A stretch of 64,000 nucleotides of DNA from contig OX597820.1 of assembly GCA_951406725.2 (NCBI GenBank), positions 46,748,001-46,812,000 of the forward strand, in the 5' to 3' direction. Each line of letters starts with the position of its first letter. Positions within the stretch are counted from its first letter, which is position 1. The notes below the pieces were generated by a model, which made no database searches, was not told the DNA's origin, and saw only the letters and a program-made list of their open reading frames with translations. The translations under genes and the position numbers were made by a program. Shown in pieces: positions 13,126-25,858 of the stretch. This DNA comes from Octopus vulgaris. Taxonomy: Eukaryota.

Positions 13126-13406
13126 TGAAAATGATTCAATATTAATATCAAAATGTAAAGCTAATTCTTAGCCCCCTTCCTCACTCACTCACTCCTATGC
13201 AGTTTGCCTTCCCCATCTCCCTGACAACTCACCTTCATAACCTCACCTCTCTCCACCTATGTTCACTCACTGCATTCCCTTCCCCTCCATCCCCCACTTT
13301 TACTTTTTCACTCTTGCAAACTTACCTGCCCAATCACCCTATCCAATCCTCTCCACCACTTCATTTAAACATAACTCCTTGAAACTTGAAGTACACCCCC
13401 AACACA

Positions 13407-13446
<40 letters not shown>

Positions 13447-13459
13447 TCACACACACACA

Positions 13460-13491
<32 letters not shown>

Positions 13492-13507
13492 CAACTAGGG
13501 TAGCCAT

Positions 13508-13850
13508 ATAGTTCTATATTTAAGAGATGAGGAATCATGTACATTATTTACAATCAGCAGATATTTGTCCTCATCTTGTTTGTTGTTAACGGGCATATGG
13601 TATAGTGGTTAAGAGCGTTGGCTACTAACCCTAAAATTTTGAGTTCAATTCCTAGCAGTGACCTGAACACTAACAAAAATAATAATAATAATAATAACAT
13701 CGAAAAATACCTTAGGAATGAGAACCCAAGTTCGAAATTTCCCCAAGACACCTGAAGAAGGCTGGAGGGTATAGCAGCCAAAATGTTGAGCTAACAACAA
13801 ACAAGATGAGGACAGATATCCATCAAATGTAAATAATGTAAATAATGTAG
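13508..13850 (+). mobile_element. tRNA-head plus hammerhead short retroelement, copy 2
   Basis: Inverted 3'-end piece 13508-13590; tRNA-like head 13591-13660 (A-box tggtatagtggtt, B-box gagttcaattcc); (AAT)n; acac-CTGAAGA-a-ggctg...cagcc-aaaa-tgtt at 13748-13790. Confidence 0.7.
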
Positions 13851-14269
13851 TGCAGCCATGTATCTCCTTTACTAACAGATACCTGTTTCTGTTGTTCTAT
13901 CATACTCTAACCTTTCATTACCTGAAACAAAGCAACCGTCCACAAAATTACTCCCCACTAAGTTGAGGGGACTTGTCTTGCAAGTTACTTAGTCACCTTG
14001 CTGGTAAAGGTTCCATGTAAAAAGTACCCAGTACACTCTGTGGTGAAGTGGTTGGCATTAGGGAGGGCATCCAACCATAGAAATCATGCCAAAGAAAACA
14101 GTAGAGTTTGTTGCAGTCTTGAGGTTTGCCAGCTGCTATCACACCATCCAACGCATGCCAGCATGGAAAGTGGATTTTAAATGATAACAATGGAGATGAT
14201 GATGATGGAAGTAAACTCTTATGAATGTTAAACTTTGGTAACTTAATTCCATAGTGACATTTTTGTATT

Positions 14270-14672
14270 ACTCTCTTTACTTGTTTCAGTTATTTGACTG
14301 TGGCCATGCTGGGGCACCGCCTTTTAGTCGAGCAAATTGACTCCAGGACTTATTCTTTGTAAGCCTAGTACTTATTCTATCGGTCTCTTTTGCCGAACCG
14401 CTAAGTTACGGGGGACGTAAACACACCATGTCAAGCGATGTTGGGGGGACAGACACAGACACAGATACACAAACATATACACACACATACATACATTCAT
14501 ATATACATATATACGACGGGCTTGTTTCAGTTTCTGGCTACTAAATCCACGCACAAGGCTTTGGTCAGCCCGAGGCCATAGTAGCAGACACTTGCCCAAG
14601 GTGTCACGCAGTGGGGCTGAACCCAGAACCATGTGGTTCATAAGCAAGCTACTTACCACACAGCCACTCCTA
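14270..14672 (-). mobile_element. SINE family B, full length
   Basis: Reverse complement homolog of 8991-9375, including the head ggagtggctgtgtggtaagtagcttgc. Confidence 0.85.
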
Positions 14673-15566
14673 CTCCTATATGTAACAAATGAACTGCTGT
14701 TTCTTTTTTTGTTTTTGTTTTTGTCCATATACACTACTTGAAAGTGTCATTTTTCTATGCACATATACTGCTGTTTTATAATACTATCTCTAATAATCCT
14801 ACCACTTATACCAGGGAGGTCTATACACTACAGGAAGAAAATGTAGAAATAAACTCTGGGATATACATAAATATAATTGCTATGATGTGTTTTTTTTTTC
14901 TTTTTAGTGTAACCACAATGCATTTATTTACTGCACAGATCAACAACTATATAGAAATTCTCTTACCAATATAGGAGTTTCTCTCTCTCTCTCCCTCCCA
15001 TTTCTCTCTCTTTCCAGTGGGGATAGCTATGGCTCCCCTCTACAGCTAGACACCTATTTCTGTCCCTCTATTCATGCTCTAACTTCTCCCACCCACCTGA
15101 CACAAAGCCACCTCCCTTGATACTATCCCTGTTCAGCTGAGGTGTCTTTGTTTTGCAATTGGTAGCCTCATTGGTGCTCGCACTATGTAAAATGCACCCA
15201 GTACAGTATAAATTGGTTGAAATTAGGAAGGGTATCCAGCCATAGAAACCATTCCAAGACAGACTGTAAAACTCATAACTATCTTCTGACTTGCCAGCTC
15301 CTGTGAAACAGCCCTACCCATGCCCGCATAGAGGTAAGACATTAAATGATGATGGTGATATATACAGAGACAGACAGACAGACAGAAAGACAGGTGCCAG
15401 AATACCTGTGTGGTCAAGAATTTCCTTCCACAATCATGTGGTTGTGTGCTTGATTCCACCTGCAAGACATCTTGGGTAAGATGTTTTATCCAATAGCCCA
15501 ATATGTGATAACCAAAATGTGATAACTAAACCTTTGCAAGTGAAATTTGGTAGACAGAAACTGTAT

Positions 15567-15797
15567 GGTGAGCTGGCAGAAACGTTAGCATGCTGGGCAA
15601 AATGCTTAGCGGTATTTCGTCTGCCATTACGTTCTGAGTTCAAATTCTGCCGAGGTCGACTTTGCCTTTCATCCTTACGGGGTCGATAAATTAAGTACCA
15701 GTTACGCACTGAGGTCGATGTAATTGACTTAATCCTTTTGTCTGTCCTTGTTTGTCCCTTCTATGTTTAGCCCCTTGTGGGCAATAAAGAAATAAGA
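15567..15797 (+). mobile_element. SINE family A inserted in a family B SINE
   Basis: Typical head and core; flanked by duplicated agaaactgtatgg. Confidence 0.8.
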
Positions 15798-17080
15798 AAC
15801 TGTATGGAAGCCTCTAGGATTGATGTGTGTTTGTGTGTGTGTTATGTGTGTGTGTGTGTCTATGTGTGTGTGTGTCTATGTGTGTGTGTGTGTGTCTATG
15901 TTTGTGTGCATGCATGCACGTGTGTGTCTGAGTGTCTTCACATTGATACTTGGACCGCAGAGACAATTGTTTATATTCCTCTTAAACTAAACCTCCTGTA
16001 CAACAGTTCCTCGTTCAAAGTCTATTAAATTGCCTTGGAAACAAGTTAGGGTCGGGCACTGAGAAGGGTGTTCAGCCATAGGCTAGTGTCTCAAGAAGTC
16101 TTGTCCAACCCATGCCAGCATGAAAAAGTGAACTTAAAAGAACCGATGATCGTGATGATCATGACCATGATGAGGAGGAGGAGGAGGTGGAGGAGGAGGA
16201 GGGGAAGGAGGTTGATAGTGATGGTGACAGCGACAATGGTGGTGATGGTGATGATTACAGTGATAACAAGGATGATGGCAGTGGTGGTGATAACATTGGC
16301 ATGTGTTTGTGTGCATGTGTTGTGTGGGTGAGTGGGTGTATTAGCTAGGTAAAAGGATAGTGTTGGGTTCATAAATTCATTTCTCAGGAAAAGCAGTAAT
16401 GCTTTCACCACTGGTCATATTTTCACCCAAGATAACTTAGAATTCTTTATAAATGGCAGGTGCACTCTGTGTGTGTGTTTGTTTGTTGTGTGTGTGTGTG
16501 TGTGTGTGTGTTTTATGTTGTTTCCTGTCAAATATTTGATATCCGTGATTCTCATATGCTTTTTGCTGTTTTGCTTTGTTTTGTTCTATTTACTTGTGTC
16601 TTTAGCTATCAGAAGGAATTAATTTATTTTAGATTTAATGTGAAACTAATGAAGGTTTGACGTACAACTGATGTATGGGTGTTGCTACATGTCTAAGATA
16701 CGTAAACACACACACACAAGTACACACAAAGACACACACACAAACACACACACAAGCAAACACACACACACTAGCAAACACACACACACTAGCAAACTCA
16801 CATACACAGATTGATAAATAGATAGATAGATATAGCCAGAGCTATATATATATAATAATATAGGGTAAAATTAATTAATTAATTAATAATCAATAATTTT
16901 ACCAAGTAGTTCAGTATGTTAAAAGAACCATTATCGGTAAACTTAAACAGGGAGATTTTCTTATGTTAGAGAAATAGTTAGTTTTTAACTGCTATTTCTA
17001 AATTTCGGTATGTAGTGAAGCAAATTTTTGCTGAACCCTAATTATAATTATATTCATAATTATAAAAATTTTTGTTTTAT

Positions 17081-17136
<56 letters not shown>

Positions 17137-17137
<1 letters not shown>

Positions 17138-18530
17138 ACGAGAAGAAAATGAATGTAAATAACAAGGAGAAATTCATCGTTTTCACTGGTAAGTCTTTAA
17201 TTTAATTAATTAACAAAGAAGAAAGTAGCATTTACGATCGTTTCAATTTACTAGTTTTAGTAAATATCTTCAGAATGTGAAAAATAAATTGATACATTGG
17301 TAATGGTAATAAAGTCAAAATTTGTTAAGAACATTATATTATGTTCTTAAGTTGATTATTTGGCTAGGGAGTGGATTTCATTGTAGTAGATTGGTTAGTT
17401 TATGGTTCCACTGGGTAATTAAAGCAGGGTGTATATCATTTTGGTGTGGAATCCCAAGTTTGATTAAGCACATTTTTTAAGAGGGGCCTAGTACATAGCA
17501 TTAGCAGTAGAATATCACGCCTCGTTTCCAACATAAATATCTTTGATAGGCATAAAGAAATTTATAATTCCACACTACAGAAAGCAGGATTTAAACAAAT
17601 TAAATACCTTGACCCTAATCACCATACAAGTAGCCCAAATAACAGAAACCCACTCACTAATACCATTAACACCAACCATACACCATACATCACCACAAAC
17701 TACACCAACAATAAGAACAGTAGGTGTAACCCCAATAAAAACAACACCAATATGAACAATGCCAAGGTCCATACACAAACCACCAATAATAACAAAAATA
17801 GCCACAACACTAATACCGATAAAGTCATAATCAATAAGATTAACAATATTAACACAACTAATAACACCAAGTACACAAATAAGCTGAAAAATGACATTAG
17901 CTACAAAAATAATAATATAAACCTACACATCAGTATGAATAAAACTAAAGCGCTCCAAAGAACCAATATGAACCCTGTTAATAACAAGAAAGCCATGCCA
18001 TCTAGTCCACATAAACCCTATGCAAGCAGCACCAATAAAACAGACAAAAGTAACAGGAAAGTGAAACCCGACTATGGAAATAAGCTAGATAGCCATAACC
18101 ATAACTTCACACAACTCACAAACAAGGAGGGTAGCTTCTATACTAGAAAAAAAACTATAGAAAAAAATAAACAAAATAGTTGTAACATAACATGAACGCA
18201 GATATACCTAATAATTTATGTGGCTGCAAGGATAGAACAAAGTGCTATTTCTCAAATAGATGTAAGACAAATGACATAGTTTACCAATGTGACGTGCACA
18301 CAAATAGCCAGATAAAATCATATATAAGCACCACTAAAAACCAAATGATACTTAGATATAACACACACCAATCTAACTTTAGAAATAGGAGTAAGGCAAA
18401 TTCAACAGAGCTCAGTAGATATATTGTTGAACTTAAGGATAAAAACATAGATTATAGATTAAATTGGCATATACTCACAAAAACAACCTCGTACAATACT
18501 GCCAATAGATGCTGTGATCTCTGTTTACCT
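17137..18530 (+). mobile_element. Truncated Penelope-like element: RT C-terminus, linker and GIY-YIG endonuclease, preceded by an inverted pLTR
   Basis: RGLVHSISSRISRLVSNINIFDRHKEIYN near 17480-17570; ORF 18192 CGCKDRTKC..C..DIVYQC..SYISTT..RYNTH..STELSRYIVELK..W..C.LCL is typical of PLE GIY-YIG; a minus-strand hammerhead-bearing segment at 17137-17460 abuts (TA)n. Confidence 0.85.
17229..17277 (-). ncRNA. Minimal type I hammerhead ribozyme with canonical core
   Basis: Minus strand catt-CTGAAGA-t-atttacta aaac tagtaaat-t-GAAA-cgatcg-TA-aatg: stem I catt/aatg, 8-bp stem II, palindromic stem III ACGATCGT, GUA cleavage triplet. Confidence 0.8.
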
Positions 18531-18852
18531 GTCCAATCCTCTCTACCACTTCACTTATCTTCATTTCTGTATCTTGAAGATAAACCCCCAACTCATCTTC
18601 ACCACCATCTTCATATGGATGATGACAGCTGTATAAAGAAGGGCTGATCACTTAATGTGAAAGGACCACAAAGAAGAGGGGAACCCAAGAAAATATGGGA
18701 TGAAATGGTGAATGGTGATCTCAGGACCTGAAATCTTACAGAGATGACAAGAGAACAAGATGACTGGTGATATGCAGTTCTTAAGAAGCCCCACCCCCAT
18801 CCATGGTGAAACTGAGTTTGGAAGTAATGTGTGTCTGTGTATATATAATATA

Positions 18853-19716
18853 CAAAATCTGATCAATAAGTATCCGGACTGTTGCCACCATAGTAACAAA
18901 GCTAAAACACGCAGAGTGAAGTCACTTGACACAGATTGACCTTCACCTCTGTTGTGCATGAGCACTAAATTTTAACATTCTAGCTCACTTCTACTGTTTA
19001 CAGCAGTGCTTCAAAATAATGTGTGTAACATGTGATCGTCGCATTGACCATGACAGATAAAGTTGTCATGGTGATACCTGCTCAGAGGCCAACACAAAGT
19101 TGCAGAAAGTGTATGGAGAGGAGTGTATGAGTTGCACACAAGTGTAAGAGTGGTTCAGACATTTCCAAGATGGACAAAAAAGTGTTGATAGAACTGAGGA
19201 AAACATCACACATGTGCGTGCAGCTGTAAGGGGAAATCATCGAATCACCATCTGTGAGTTATCAGAGGATGTGCAAATTAGTTACAATTCAGTTCAGTCC
19301 ATTATCACTGAAGATTTGGAAATGAGACACATGTCTGCCAAGTTTGTGCCAAAACTGCTTTCAGCTGACCAAAAAGATACTCAGGTTTCAGTTACACAAA
19401 ATCTCTTTGATTGTGTCGAGAATAATGAAAACTGTTTGAAAACTTTGCATACACCTCTGAGTAGGTTTTGCCAAGCTTGTAGCAAAATTTGATGCAGATT
19501 CTCTGGCTAACTTTCTCTGTCGTAGTCAATGCAATGAATACACACTACACATGTTACTTCCAAGCACTGTTGTAAACAGCAGAAGTGAGCTAGAATGTTA
19601 AACTTAGTGCAAATGAACAGCAGAGTTCAAGGTCAATCTGTGCCAAGCAGCTTCACTCCGTGTGCTTTAACTTCGTTACAATGGCAACTGTCTGAACACT
19701 TATTGATCAGGCCACA
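18853..19716 (+). mobile_element. Internally deleted mariner with about 200-bp inverted ends
   Basis: ctgatcaataagtatccggactgttgcc... inverted as ggcaactgtctgaacacttattgatcag; internal ORF RITICELSEDVQISYNSVQSIITEDLEMRHMSAKFVPKLLSADQK (mariner HTH plus WVP-like linker). Confidence 0.85.
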
Positions 19717-19844
19717 ATTATGTATTATGTATGTATATGTATAAATGTACAGCTGGGCTCTTTGCCCAATTTTCTCCCCCGAGACACACCCACATCCCAT
19801 CATCTCTTTAACTGCAGCTTTTCCTTGATACCACTAATTTTACT

Positions 19845-20436
19845 CAGTACCTGGAACTGTAGTGTTTGAAGTGATCACAAGTGATAGCAATGTTATACCT
19901 CGATTCATCGTCCCACATGGCATCACACATAACACTGAGGCCTATATCAAGTGCCTGGAGGAGGTAGTGCTGCCCTGGGTCAAGAGGGTAGCAGCTGGAA
20001 GACCCTATGTCTAGCAACAGCACTCTGCACCATGCCACACAAGCAGAGGAACCCAGTCATGGCTGTCAGACAATTTCTGCAACCACATCACCCCCTAACA
20101 TCTGGCCACCTAATTCCCCAGACTGCAACCCCTTTGATTATTATGTATGGGGGCACAGCTGAGCAAGAGACCAACAAAACTCCTTGTAACACCAAAGATG
20201 AACTGAAGGCAAGGATTCATCAATTTAAACAAGGAGACCATCCAGAAGAGTTGCAGGAGATTCTGAAGTTGTTTGGAGGCTATGGTTGAAGCCAATGGCG
20301 ATTTTATTGAATAAATTTATTTTTTAGTATTTCAAGATATTTTTATGTAATTTCAGTAAATATATCTGTTAAAATAAGAGGTCAGTGTTATTTTCATTTT
20401 TGCATTATTTTGATGACAATTTATTCACCACAACCT
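19845..20436 (+). mobile_element. Decayed DD37D (maT-type) Tc1/mariner transposase, C-terminal part
   Basis: Frameshift-repaired reading YIKCLEEVVLPWVKRVAAGRPYV*QQ(D>H)SAPCHTS..QSWLSDNFCNHITPNIWPPNSPDCNPFDYYVWG; about 37 residues between the 2nd and 3rd catalytic positions. Confidence 0.75.
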
Positions 20437-20518
20437 GTGTGTGTGTGTGGGTGGGTGTACACGTACACACACTCACACACACACACATACAGACAGACTG
20501 ATGTATATTTGCAAAAGT

Positions 20519-20558
<40 letters not shown>

Positions 20559-20772
20559 CATACATACATACATACATACATACATACACACACACATAGT
20601 TGAAGAGTGAAGGATACTAATATCTACTCGGTTTCAGCAAACAAATACATATGCACACATGTGTGCATATAGGTTTGTGTATGCATATCTACGAATGGTT
20701 CTTTTGTCATATAACTACTGAACATGACTACTCATCTCTATGTGTACTTAGTCCCTTGTGTATTTATATTAC

Positions 20773-20857
20773 CTGCTTCAGAAGCCACGCACCACGCAAG
20801 AAAATAAAATGAAACCATCATTGATAAGTAGAGGAAAATGAGGCTAATCTTAAGCAT
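20773..20857 (-). CDS. Candidate host coding exon encoding a signal-peptide-like N-terminus
   Basis: Minus strand: acceptor tgttttatag| (exon starts 20891), ATG at 20857, MLKISLIFLYLSMMVSFYFLAWCVASEA, donor gcag|gtaata; no homology recognised. Confidence 0.35.
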
Positions 20858-21189
20858 TACATATCAATATATATTACTTATTTATTATCTCCTATAAAAC
20901 ATTCTAGTGAGGTCATTTAAACTGTGAAGAAGCCATTAAAATTGGCAGGAAACTGAACAGAGATTAGCAATCTTTTACTGCTCGATTGAACTATTGATTG
21001 ATCAGTCGAATCCCACTTGTTGTTTTTGTGACCACCAATGTAAACATCATCCTTGAGTTGTGGTACTGGTGATGGTTGTTGGCATTCTTGCTGAGTGTTA
21101 GGTGTTGTTCAGTGGTAGCTAGACATTAAGTTTGAGTTTCGAAACATAAAAGCGACTAGTTTTATATATATGTTAGGTGTAAAATTCTT

Positions 21190-21408
21190 TTATTCTTTTA
21201 CGTGTTTCAGTCATATGACTGCGGCCATACCGGAGCACCACTCTGAAAGGTTTTAGTCAAACAAATCGACCCCAAGACTCATTCTTTGTAAGCCTACTAC
21301 TTATTCTATCGGTCTCTTTTGTCAATGCACTAAGTTACAGTGACATAAACACACCAGTATCAGTTGTCAAGCGATGGCAGGAGGACAAACACAGAAACAC
21401 AGACATTA

Positions 21409-21439
<31 letters not shown>

Positions 21440-21444
21440 AATTA

Positions 21445-21505
<61 letters not shown>

Positions 21506-21585
21506 CGACAGGTTTCTTTCAGTTTCTGTCTACCAAATCTACTCACAAGGCTTTTGTCAGCCCGGGTCTAGAGTAGAAGACACAT
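21190..21585 (-). mobile_element. SINE family B (truncated)
   Basis: ctttgtaagcctactacttattctatcggtctc ... tttcagtttctgtctaccaaatctactcacaaggc. Confidence 0.8.
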
Positions 21586-21609
21586 AAGAGGTGCAACAAT
21601 ATTAAAGGA

Positions 21610-22935
21610 AGGCTAACTGGGAGGATAGGTGTTTGTATGTGGCAGATGCTCTGGAGCAATAAATACTAAAAATACTAAAGATGCTCTGGAGCAATAAATA
21701 CTAAAAATGTGCAGAGAACAACTTCCACCACATTCCAGGGAGAAAAACTAGAAGTAGTTGATAGCTTCCATAGGTGACCAAGTCAGTAGCGAGGGGAGGG
21801 TGTTCTGAAAGTGTAGCTACTAGAATAAGAATAGCCTGGGCAAAGTTCAGAGAGCTCTTACCTCTGCTGGTGACAAAGGGCCTCTCGCTCAGAGTAAAAG
21901 GTAGACTGTATGACGCATGTGTACGAACAGCCATGCTACATGGCAGTGAAACATGGGCTGTGACTGCTGAGGACATGCATAAGCTCACAAGGAATGAAGT
22001 CAGTATGCTCCGATGGATGTGTAATGCCAGTGTGCATACTCAAGAGAAAAGTTGGACCTTGAGAGAAAAGTTGGACCTAAAAAGCATCAGATGTGGTGTG
22101 CAAGAGAGATGACTGTGCTGGTATGGTCATGTGGCAAGAATGGATGAGGATAGCAGTGTGAAAAAGTGCCACGCTGTAGCGGTTGAGGGAACCTGTGGAA
22201 GGGGTAGACCCAGGAATACCTGGGATGAGGTGGTGAAGCATGACCTTCGAACATTAGGCCTCACCAAGGCAATGTCTAGTGAACGGGACCTTTGGAAATA
22301 TGCTGTGCTTCAGAAGACCTGGCAAGCCAAGTGAGACTATAACCTTGTGACCTATGCCATGGGTGTAACCAGCCCACTAATGTATACTGTTCCTTCATTG
22401 GACACTAAACTCTGCTTGCAAAGACCTGTTGAGGCAAGTGAAATCGAAATCAAATTCGATGACTGGCATCCATGCCAGTGGAGCGCTAAGAGCACCATCC
22501 AAGCGTGATCATTGCTAGAGCAGCAAACTGGCTTCTGTGCTGCTGGCACATAAAAAGCACCATCCAAGCATGATCGTTACAAGCATCACCTCACTGGCAC
22601 TTGTTCCGGTGGCATGTGAAAAAACATTTGAGTGAGGTGGTTGCCAGTGCTGCTGGACTGGCTCTAGTGTAGGTGGCACATAAAAAACACCATTTGAATG
22701 TGGCTGTTGCCAGTGCCGCCTGATTGACCATCGTGCAGGTGGCACGTAAAAGCACCCACTACACTCTCTGAGTGGTTGGCATTAGGAAGGGCATCCAGCT
22801 GTAGAAACTCTGCCAGATCAGATTGGAACCTGGTGCAGTCATCTGGTTCACCAGTCCTCAGTCAAATCATCCAACCTATGCTAAACAATGGCAAGTGTCT
22901 TCTACATTAAACGATGATGATGATGATGATTATGA
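21610..22935 (+). mobile_element. 5'-truncated RTE-type LINE (ORF2 C-terminus, 3' UTR, GAT tail)
   Basis: RIRIAWAKFRELLPLL...KGRLYDACVRTAMLHGSETWAV...MLRWMCN and GRGRPRNTWDEVV are typical RTE ORF2 C-terminal motifs. Confidence 0.9.
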
Positions 22936-23214
22936 TGAATGGGCTTCTTTCATTTTTTATTTACTGAATCCACTCATAAGTTACCCAAGATGCTATGCAG
23001 TGGGACTGAACCTAAAACCATGTGATTAGGAAACAAACGTCTTACCACCAAACCCAAACCTGTGCTTAAAAAAGAGAGATCACATGAACTGGTTTCAACC
23101 ATGTTGGGATTTCATTAGTAGGATGCATACCATCTTTAAGTGTCCACAGAGATCTTACTTATAATCCCACTATTTATTTAGGACTGAAATAGATAAGATA
23201 GACTAATATAGGGC

Positions 23215-24101
23215 TTGAATTTTGGCAGAAAACCAGGAATTTCAGAGATGTGGGTATGGGTTAAGTCATTTGCATTGAGCCCAGTGCTCAGCTGGTACTT
23301 ATTCTATGAATCCCGAAAGGATGAAAGGCAAAGTTTATTTCAGAAGAATTCGAACTCAGAAAGTAAAGATGGATGAAATGTCGCTAAGCATTTTCCCAGA
23401 TGTGGAGGTACATGGCCTAGTGGTTAGAGCAGCAGACTTGCTGTTGAGGGATTGCAAGTGTGTGTTTATGAATGAAACACCTAAACTCCACCTGGCTCTG
23501 GCAGAAGGTAATGGCGAACTTCTGCTGACTCTCTTGCCACAACTTCCTCTCACTCTTTCCTCCTGCATCTAACAACTCACTTGCAATGGACCGGCATCCC
23601 ATCCAGGTGGGGAACCTATACACCAATGAAACCAGAAAACCGGTCCTTATGAGCCAGGCATGGCTCAAGAAGGAACAAACAACAACAACATTTTCCCGGA
23701 TAGACTAATATTAGTTTTAAATTTTGGCGCAAGGCCAGCAATCGTGGAGTAGGGTGCAAGTCAGTTATATCGACCCCTTGTGTGCAACTGCTAATTATTT
23801 TATCAACCTCCAAAAGGATAAAACACAAAGCTGACTCCAGCATGCTAACAACTCTGCCAGCTCACCACCTAAAGATGGATCAATATTCTTTTCTATTCTA
23901 GACACAAGGCCTGAAATATTTGGGGAGGGGGCCAGTCAATTAGATCGATCCCAGTACACAACTGTTACTTAATTTACCAACCCCAAAAGGATGAAAGAAA
24001 AAGTCAACCTTGGCAGAATTTGAACTCAGAATGTAAAGACAGATGAAATACCACTAAGTATTTTGCCCAGCGTGCTAATGTTTCTGCCAGCTCGCTGCCT
24101 T
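23215..24101. mobile_element. Nested SINE cluster: family C (+, 23402-23688) inserted among family A copies (-)
   Basis: gtggaggtacatggcctagtggttagagcagc head and CAA tail with TSD cattttccc(a/g)gat; family A cores at about 23290-23400, 23715-23870 and 23886-24101. Confidence 0.8.
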
Positions 24102-24710
24102 AAGATAGATTAATATTAATAGCATATTATAGACAGGTGGTTTGATTAATAAATAATTTGTGTTCTTTTCACAACAGCAGGGTGTGAGTTGAGAGATTTG
24201 GCTGTTATTTCTAGCAGTTTAGCAACTAAATAAATGCTCCCACAGTGTATGTGGTAGTGACTGTAGTAGTAGTAGTTATAGTAATAGTAATGGTGATGGT
24301 AGTGTTGGTGGTGGGGTGGCAATGATACATGGTGATGGTAATCCTACTGGTTGTGGGGATTCAGATATATAGCAAAAGACACCCTCACTAGTGAAGTGAC
24401 ATGCTACAGACATAGACAAGACATGGTAACATCCCTGCGCTCCACTAAATCCTTAATAGCTTACCTCCATCCCCAACCCTTCCACTAACAACTCCACCAC
24501 CTTCATTTTCTATTTATTCTCACAAGTAAACCCGGTCAACTAAGCAATTAACTAATCAATAAATTAGTCCACTAGAGAATTGAACTGTCCACCTGAAAAT
24601 TGACGTTTCATGAGTCAAATGACAAGGTTACCAGTTCAATGACCGACCAATTAATCATGTGCATGTGTGTGAATGTGCATGTGTGTGTGTGCATGTGTGT
24701 GTATGTATGC

Positions 24711-24741
<31 letters not shown>

Positions 24742-24749
24742 TATGGGAA

Positions 24750-25858
24750 GATAGTTTTTGTGTGTGGCAGATGCAGAGGGGCAATAAACACCAAAGATGT
24801 ACAGAAAAGAGATTCCATCACATGCCAGGGGGAGAAACTAGAAGTAGTTGATAGCTTTCGCTACATATGTGACCAAGTTTGTAGTGGGGGGTGGTTACTC
24901 TGAGAGTGTAGCGGCTAGAATAAGAATAGCCTGGGTAAAGTTCAGCAAGCTCCTACCTCTGCGGGTAACAAAAGGCCTCTTGCTCAGAGTGAAAGATAGA
25001 CTGTATGATGCATAGCAGTGAAACATGGGCAATGACTGCTGAGGACATGTGTAGGCTTGAATGAAATGAAGCTAGTATGAGCCGCTGGATGTGTAATGTC
25101 AGTGTGCATATACGAGAAAGTGTAAGCACCCTGAGAGAAAAGTTGGACATTAGAAGCATCAGATGTGGTGGGCAAGAGTGATGACTGCACTGGTATGGTC
25201 ATGTGCTGCATATGGATGAGGAGAGCTGTGAAGAAGTGTCACCCTAACCCTAACAGTGGAAGGAACCCGTTGAGTTGGTAGACGCAGAAAGACATGGATG
25301 AGGTGGTGAAGCACGACCTTTGAATATTGGGCCTCACAGAGGCAATGACAAAAGACCAAGACCTTTGGAGATATGCTGTAATTGAAAAAACCCGGCAAGT
25401 AAAGTGAGATTGCAGCCATGGCCAATACTAGTGTCACATAACCAGCCCATTTAAAAATACGCTTGAATTGTTGGGTGATATACTGTGCTTGAGAAGACCT
25501 GTTGAGTCAAGTGAAATCGAAATCATAGCCATGGCCAGTGCTGGTGGCATGTAATAAGCACCATCTGAATGTGGTTGATGCCAGTTCCCCCTGACTGGCT
25601 CCTGCGCTGATGGCACAAAAAAAGCACCATCTAAACGTGGTTGATGCCAGTACCGCCTGACTGTTTCCCGTGCCAGTGGCACGTAAAAAGCACCCACTAC
25701 ACAAGCAGACTGGATCGGTTTAGGAAGAGCATCCAGCTGCAGAAACCTTGCCAGATTAGGTTGGAGCCTAGTACAGTCTACTGGCTTGCCAGTCCTCAGT
25801 CAGACCACCCACCCCATGCCAGCATGGAAAACAGACGTTAAATGATGATGATGATGAT
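24750..25858 (+). mobile_element. 5'-truncated RTE-type LINE, same family as 21610-22935
   Basis: CGRCRGAIN, GEKLEVVDSFRYICDQV, ctagaataagaatagcctggg, tandem 3' UTR units, GAT tail. Confidence 0.88.

Noticed and set aside
17575-17897. Hydrophobic minus-strand ORFs resembling membrane proteins
   Set aside because: They are the antisense reading of the A/C-rich Penelope linker
23131-23183. Minus-strand exon with good splice signals (tatttcag| ... |gtatgc)
   Set aside because: Stops in all three frames; it could only be non-coding and there is no other support
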